Of a stretch of DNA of 64,000 nt, positions 59,009-64,000 are shown one piece after another; the stretch's first letter is position 1, and every line of letters starts with the position of its first letter. The translations under genes were made by a program, and so were the position numbers. This DNA is from Thermoproteota archaeon (GTDB lineage Archaea; Thermoproteota; Thermoprotei; Gearchaeales; Gearchaeaceae), in NCBI GenBank assembly GCA_032249235.1, contig JAVVGF010000001.1:128001-192000 (forward strand). The letters are read 5' to 3'. The notes below the pieces were generated by a model. The model was not told where the DNA came from. It saw only the letters and a list, made by a program, of their open reading frames with translations, and searched no databases.

Positions 59009-62000
59009 TTATCTTTTTATTTTTGAAGGCCACCAATTCCATTTCTTCGCTATTAGCATTATTGAAGGAACAAAGAATTGAACTATTATGAAAGAATCGA
59101 ACAATACTGATAAACCTATTGCGAAGCCTATTTCGTTTAACAAAGGAAAGTTAGGTATTAATAACAACAAGAAAGTTATACCTAGAAGCAATCCTAAAAT
59201 CATAATAGTTGTTCCTGTCTTCTCTAGGGCTATCTTTATTGCATCTTCATCATTTTTCCCTTTGACTACTTCTTCTCTAACCCTTGTTAAAAGAAATATG
59301 TCATAATCTACGCCAACACCTAGCATTGTAACAACTAGAAACAGTGGTACAGCATTTATTATTGGTAAGTTAAATAACAAATGGTATACTATGTATAGCA
59401 GAGCTAATGACCATGCTACACTTGATAAAACTGTCAATATTAACCTAATGGGTATCAACACCGAAATTAGTTGCATGAATAACAAAAATCCTATGACTGT
59501 AATTAAACTTAGAAGTACGATTGGAGTAACTTGATCTGTGACAGCCTTAGAATCGAAGGACATTTGAGTTACGCCATCTACATAAACTTTAAATTCTTCA
59601 TTCGCAGGTATTACTGCTCTGATTTCTTTTAGCACTTCGATAGCGTCTAAGCTAAAAGGTTGTTTATCTATAATGACCTCTATTAAAACACCATTATTCG
59701 AAGTGCCTATAAATCTTTCTATTGAAGGTAAAAATATTTCCTTAGTGGTTTCGTTTAAAAATACTTTATTTAAATCAATTTTATCTCCAAAAGGTCTATC
59801 GATCGTGTATACATATTTAACTTCTTTTATCTTTGAAATATTATCAGCTATTGAAGAAACATAATTTAAATAAGTAGAATTTAAATTTTCATTAATTAGA
59901 ACTTTACCTTTTCCTTCTACGTATATGTATATAGGGCTTATTGAAGAACCTATGGTTGAGTAAAACAACAATGTGCCTTTTTGAACTTCACTAGGAGGCA
60001 TGAGAGGAGGAACATCGAGAACAGTTGTTATATTTGATACGAATAGTAATGAAATAAGAGTTATTGCAGTAAGTAAAAGCACTATCTCATTCTTGTGCTT
60101 CAAGTTAAACTCATACACTTTTGAAAGCTTTATTTCATAACCTTTCGTTCTTTTCGGCCAAAACACTTTATCGCCTAGCGCATATAACAAAGAAGGAAAG
60201 AATAGCAAGCTAGTTATCATTGTAGACGCTACAGCAATTGCATTAGCTATTGCAGTCTCACCAAATAAAGGTACATTCATTAAAGACAATATGACATATG
60301 AAGAGAAAACAGCTAGCGAACTTGTTATTACTCCTCTTGAGCTCCAATAAGTCACAGCCATTAAAGCTTCATTTTTATCCTTTCCTTCACTTCTCTCAAG
60401 TTGATATCTTCTAAGAAGATAAGCTGAATAATCGCTACATAACCCAAGCGTAAGAACTAATACTATTGAAGGTGAAACGAAGCTTATGTTTCTATTAAGC
60501 CAAATTCCAAGAATTATATAATTCAAAGCAAATGCGATTATAATAGCAATTGCGAAGAGCGATAAAACTATTCCGCCTGCAACAAAAGATCTAAAATAGA
60601 GCGAAACTATTAAGAAAATTATCACCAAACCTAAAGGTATAATCGTATACAAAGCATTCTCCGCTCCTATTTTTATTTCATGAGATAATAATGAAATTCC
60701 AGTAATGTAGATTTCTACATTATTAGTTTTAACATCCTTCTTAATTTTATCGAAAATATCGAGATCTTTCGCTATTTCTTGGTCGTTAGGATAGTGATTT
60801 GAAAAGACTATTATAAGAAAAATTCCATGAGTTTCATCAATGAAGATTGATTTTATATTATCTTTAAGAATAATTGGGAAATCCTTTACATCGCTGTTAA
60901 TTATTATTTCTTTAATAGTATCATTTAAATTATTATTATTATCTATGATTTTATTTAAAAATTTTATGAATGTATAATTATTAACATAAAAATATGGATT
61001 GTAATTTATATTGTTAAGGATATTTTTTAAAACAAAAGTAGCAGTTATATTTTTAGCTATTGATTCATTAAATGTTTTTTGCTCGATTATTTCATCTACT
61101 AATTGAACTACTGAATTTTGGTTACTTATTTCTTTAGTTATAATATCTTCTGTTATTTTGTTTATATCTGTCTTATTGACTATTAGTTCTCGAATTTTAT
61201 CAATTAAAAATTCTTTATCTATATTTGTTTGTAATTTACTTTTGAATATCTCTAGCGAGATATTCAGCAAAACGCTCTTACCGTTCCAAGTATTTAGGTT
61301 GGTGTTACCTAAAATTATCGCGATAATTTCCTTTGTCAAATTGAAGTAATTTTCAAGAAAATAAGGTGAAATTTTATCAATTATTTCTTGGGCATTTTGG
61401 TAATAATTGCCTATATTATTATATTTTATCCATTCTTGATAGAATGTATTAAAGTAGTTCAATGCTATTCCGCTTAGGTTTAATGTTAGAATGGTCAAAT
61501 TCTTTGCTTCTTCTGATCTTTTAATTGAATCGTTAATATTTAAAAATTGATAATACTTTAAAAATACTGAAGGTGGGCCGTAAATAAAATTTAATATATT
61601 ACTTATGTCATTTTCTATTTTAGTAATATTATTGACTGCTTGATCGAGAAATTTCTTAATTAAGATTGTCTGATTATATATCTTAAAGGATTCGTTATAC
61701 AACTGATTTATTTTATCCGTATAATTAGCAACGATTTGGTATAAAAGTATTTCTGTTAATTTATAATAACTAAGAGAAAATTTGTTCATTTCTTTGTCTA
61801 TTTTTTCCCTTATACTATAATCAAATAATTTAATATCATTCGAATATGGATTGTTCGATTTGATTATTATGTAATAGTTATATGAAGCTATCACGCTAAG
61901 ATATTTGGCTGTATAATTTTTATGCGAAAATTCTGCGTTGATTTTATTCACTGCATTTTGGAAGTCGCTATTTGGCAAATTCACCTCAACATCATAGTTT

Positions 62001-62110
62001 ATTATCTTATTTATCATTGGAGCGAATGGTGCAAGAGATAAAGCGATTAAAATCCAGATGACAATTATTTTCTTGTATTTTTGTCTTACGAAGGATGAAT
62101 ATCTTTCCAT
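59009..62110 (-). CDS. MMPL/RND-family transporter
   Basis: Two TM bundles with LGLCSDYSAYLLRRY and LGVGVDYDIFLLTRVREE; likely start is the ATG at 62110. Confidence 0.9.
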   Translation of the reverse strand: MERYSSFVRQKYKKIIVIWILIALSLAPFAPMINKIINYDVEVNLPNSDFQNAVNKINAEFSHKNYTAKYLSVIASYNYYIIIKSNNPYSNDIKLFDYSIREKIDKEMNKFSLSYYKLTEILLYQIVANYTDKINQLYNESFKIYNQTILIKKFLDQAVNNITKIENDISNILNFIYGPPSVFLKYYQFLNINDSIKRSEEAKNLTILTLNLSGIALNYFNTFYQEWIKYNNIGNYYQNAQEIIDKISPYFLENYFNLTKEIIAIILGNTNLNTWNGKSVLLNISLEIFKSKLQTNIDKEFLIDKIRELIVNKTDINKITEDIITKEISNQNSVVQLVDEIIEQKTFNESIAKNITATFVLKNILNNINYNPYFYVNNYTFIKFLNKIIDNNNNLNDTIKEIIINSDVKDFPIILKDNIKSIFIDETHGIFLIIVFSNHYPNDQEIAKDLDIFDKIKKDVKTNNVEIYITGISLLSHEIKIGAENALYTIIPLGLVIIFLIVSLYFRSFVAGGIVLSLFAIAIIIAFALNYIILGIWLNRNISFVSPSIVLVLTLGLCSDYSAYLLRRYQLERSEGKDKNEALMAVTYWSSRGVITSSLAVFSSYVILSLMNVPLFGETAIANAIAVASTMITSLLFFPSLLYALGDKVFWPKRTKGYEIKLSKVYEFNLKHKNEIVLLLTAITLISLLFVSNITTVLDVPPLMPPSEVQKGTLLFYSTIGSSISPIYIYVEGKGKVLINENLNSTYLNYVSSIADNISKIKEVKYVYTIDRPFGDKIDLNKVFLNETTKEIFLPSIERFIGTSNNGVLIEVIIDKQPFSLDAIEVLKEIRAVIPANEEFKVYVDGVTQMSFDSKAVTDQVTPIVLLSLITVIGFLLFMQLISVLIPIRLILTVLSSVAWSLALLYIVYHLLFNLPIINAVPLFLVVTMLGVGVDYDIFLLTRVREEVVKGKNDEDAIKIALEKTGTTIMILGLLLGITFLLLLIPNFPLLNEIGFAIGLSVLFDSFIIVQFFVPSIMLIAKKWNWWPSKIKR

Positions 62111-62196
62111 TAAAGCTATATTTTTTTCCTCAATAATATATGCTTTCAAAGGTAACAAATGGATATATCAGACTTAGGAGATTAAAACTCAATTGA

Positions 62197-62709
62197 ATGG
62201 TAAAAAGCTCTTTATTTAAAACCACAAGGATCAGTAAGGCAAAATACATTCTAATTATAGGCATTACTTTAGTTTTTCTATCTATTTTAATCTCCGCTTT
62301 TGCTTTGGAGGAATATTCGGTAACCAAGAAGTTATCGGGTAGTTTGAAATTAAACGAAGGAGATTCTTTTTCGATAGATGTAATTCCTTCAAGCTTTACT
62401 AGTTATGCTTATGTATATAATGGTTCTCTTTATCTGAATTCTACAGGTCCATTGATAATAACAGGAGAAGGGGTTCAAACAATTTTCTATAACCAAACAA
62501 AAGTTGACTTACGAGGCTTGGCATCGAATTTAGTAATTAGGGCATTGAAAAACGATACTACTGTGAGCTATAATGGTTTCTTGGAAATTAAAGTTAAACC
62601 GTATTATTTTCTTTCGATCCCTTCGATATTCATTTTAATTGTTGGTATGGTATTTTCATTCATGGGCGTATATCAATTCATAATTGAGAAAAAAATGCAA
62701 CATTATTGA
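62197..62709 (+). CDS. Hypothetical membrane protein (N- and C-terminal TM helices)
   Basis: Two hydrophobic helices flank a beta-rich domain. Confidence 0.7.
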   Translation: MVKSSLFKTTRISKAKYILIIGITLVFLSILISAFALEEYSVTKKLSGSLKLNEGDSFSIDVIPSSFTSYAYVYNGSLYLNSTGPLIITGEGVQTIFYNQTKVDLRGLASNLVIRALKNDTTVSYNGFLEIKVKPYYFLSIPSIFILIVGMVFSFMGVYQFIIEKKMQHY

Positions 62710-62832
62710 TGGTAAATATAAAATTTTTTTTTATCAAATTATATATAAGATTTTCTCTTTTTTTCGAGTGGTAAGACAAAAAAGGCTATTTTGAGCAATA
62801 CATTTTTAAATTTGAAATTAATGCATAACTTA

Positions 62833-64000
62833 ATGGCGACTAAAAAATTGTTTGCTATACTAGCGTTGCTGGTACTAGTGGGAGGAATTTTCGCCTTCCA
62901 AACAAACGTAAAAAACGTTGAAGCACAACAAAAAGGTCCTGCTTCTGATACAATAATCTTAAAACAAATAACTAATGACCAGCAAGCAATGGCTCAAGTT
63001 GATTTAGGAGGAGATCAAGGAGGAACAGATATTCATTTCTTCAGAGCGCCTCCTGCTCAAATTACAGAATTGCTCACAGATCCAAATATAGTAGTAGTTT
63101 TCAATAAGAGAGGAGGTTATCTTTCATTGATATTGAATCCTGTTCCAATGAGTGAAACTGGAAAATTCAATCCTTTTGAATATAGAGAATTTAGAGAAGG
63201 ACTTCAATACATTGTAGAAAGGCAAAAAATTGTTACAGATATTAACAAAGGATATTCAATACCATGGTTAGTTCCAATATCTTGGTTTGATTACGATTGG
63301 CTCTATGTAGCTGATAATGTAGAAAAATTAGGAATTAAAGATGACGTAAACTATGGTTATCAATTAATGGCTGATGCATTAACTAAGGCAGGGGCAGTAA
63401 AAGTAGGAGGTAAATGGACTTATAACGGTGTACCTATCTCTATAACAATATTTATAAGAAGCGATGATCCAGTGAGATTACTAATCGGAGAAGATTTAGC
63501 AACTAAATTATCTAACTTCGGTTTGACGGTAAATAAGATATATGGCGATCTTTTAAAAGCATTCGACGTAGTATATGGCTCTGATCCAAGGGCTTTAGGA
63601 TGGCATATATATACAGAAGGTTGGGGACAAACAGCTTTGACCAAATATCAAGATAGTGCTACTTATCAATTTTATGCATCTCCATTAGGATTTATGCCAG
63701 GATGGGCTGAACCTACGTTCTGGAATTATGCAAATAAGACAATAGATGATTTAACAACTAGATTAGTAACAGGTAACTTTACTTCTCTAGATGAAAGAAA
63801 TAATATATTAAATCAAGCTATATTGCTAGGATATAAGGAATCTGTAAGGATTTTCCTTGCTGAATTATATGATGCTTATATTTACAACAAGAGGAGAGTA
63901 TCTGGTGCTGATCTAGTGAATGAGTATGCTTCAGGGTTAGCAAATAGATTTACACTCTACAATATTAAGGCTATAGTTAATACAAATATTCCTATAACAG
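62833..64000 (+). CDS. ABC transporter substrate-binding protein, family 5 (3' truncated; not in the ORF track)
   Basis: Manual translation gives MATKKLFAILALLVLVGG...LILNP...FNPFEYREFREGLQYIVER...IRSDDPVR...WHIYTEGW...MPGW; the frame stays open to the window end. Confidence 0.88.
   Translation, partial: MATKKLFAILALLVLVGGIFAFQTNVKNVEAQQKGPASDTIILKQITNDQQAMAQVDLGGDQGGTDIHFFRAPPAQITELLTDPNIVVVFNKRGGYLSLILNPVPMSETGKFNPFEYREFREGLQYIVERQKIVTDINKGYSIPWLVPISWFDYDWLYVADNVEKLGIKDDVNYGYQLMADALTKAGAVKVGGKWTYNGVPISITIFIRSDDPVRLLIGEDLATKLSNFGLTVNKIYGDLLKAFDVVYGSDPRALGWHIYTEGWGQTALTKYQDSATYQFYASPLGFMPGWAEPTFWNYANKTIDDLTTRLVTGNFTSLDERNNILNQAILLGYKESVRIFLAELYDAYIYNKRRVSGADLVNEYASGLANRFTLYNIKAIVNTNIPIT

Noticed and set aside
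62772-62779. TAAGACAA upstream of the ABC binding-protein gene matches the first 8 nt of the predicted omegaRNA guide, reminiscent of TldR targeting of oppA
   Set aside because: Only 8 AT-rich bases match, which is expected by chance in 64 kb, and there is no T-rich TAM-like motif 5' of it.
1-64000. CRISPR array, rRNA, integrase/provirus, or Sec/Pyl recoding
   Set aside because: I saw no regularly spaced repeats, long GC-rich RNA genes, recombinases, or conserved genes interrupted by in-frame stops.

Overview
AT-rich, very compact archaeal chromosomal segment. Gene content (gins23-mcm linkage, XPB-Bax1, box C/D sRNA, intron-containing tRNAs, leaderless TATA promoters) suggests TACK/Thermoproteota; this is inference. 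In order it holds: a preQ0/archaeosine cluster (queD, queC, folE2/mptA); three tRNAs (Phe and Tyr with 37/38 introns, Gly); an Sm/Lsm-HTH fusion whose stop codon overlaps a box C/D sRNA predicted to guide Cm34 in tRNA-Leu(CAA); a 52-aa zinc-ribbon gene absent from the ORF track; a replication/repair block (cdc6, rfcS, rfcL, gins23, mcm, hel308, SbcCD-type mre11/rad50); fatty-acid catabolism genes; xpb-bax1; lhr with its phosphoesterase; a three-gene glutamate-synthase-like cluster; a split class II ribonucleotide reductase; redox genes around a degenerate HEPN pair; taw3; fumC; large surface proteins; an MMPL transporter; and a truncated family-5 ABC binding protein. The most unusual non-coding element is a ~315-bp segment at 58551-58865. 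It looks like an internally deleted IS200/IS605 (tnpB) derivative that keeps its promoter, a structured leader and an omegaRNA-like scaffold but has lost the nuclease. All family calls come from motif recognition by eye; no searches were run.
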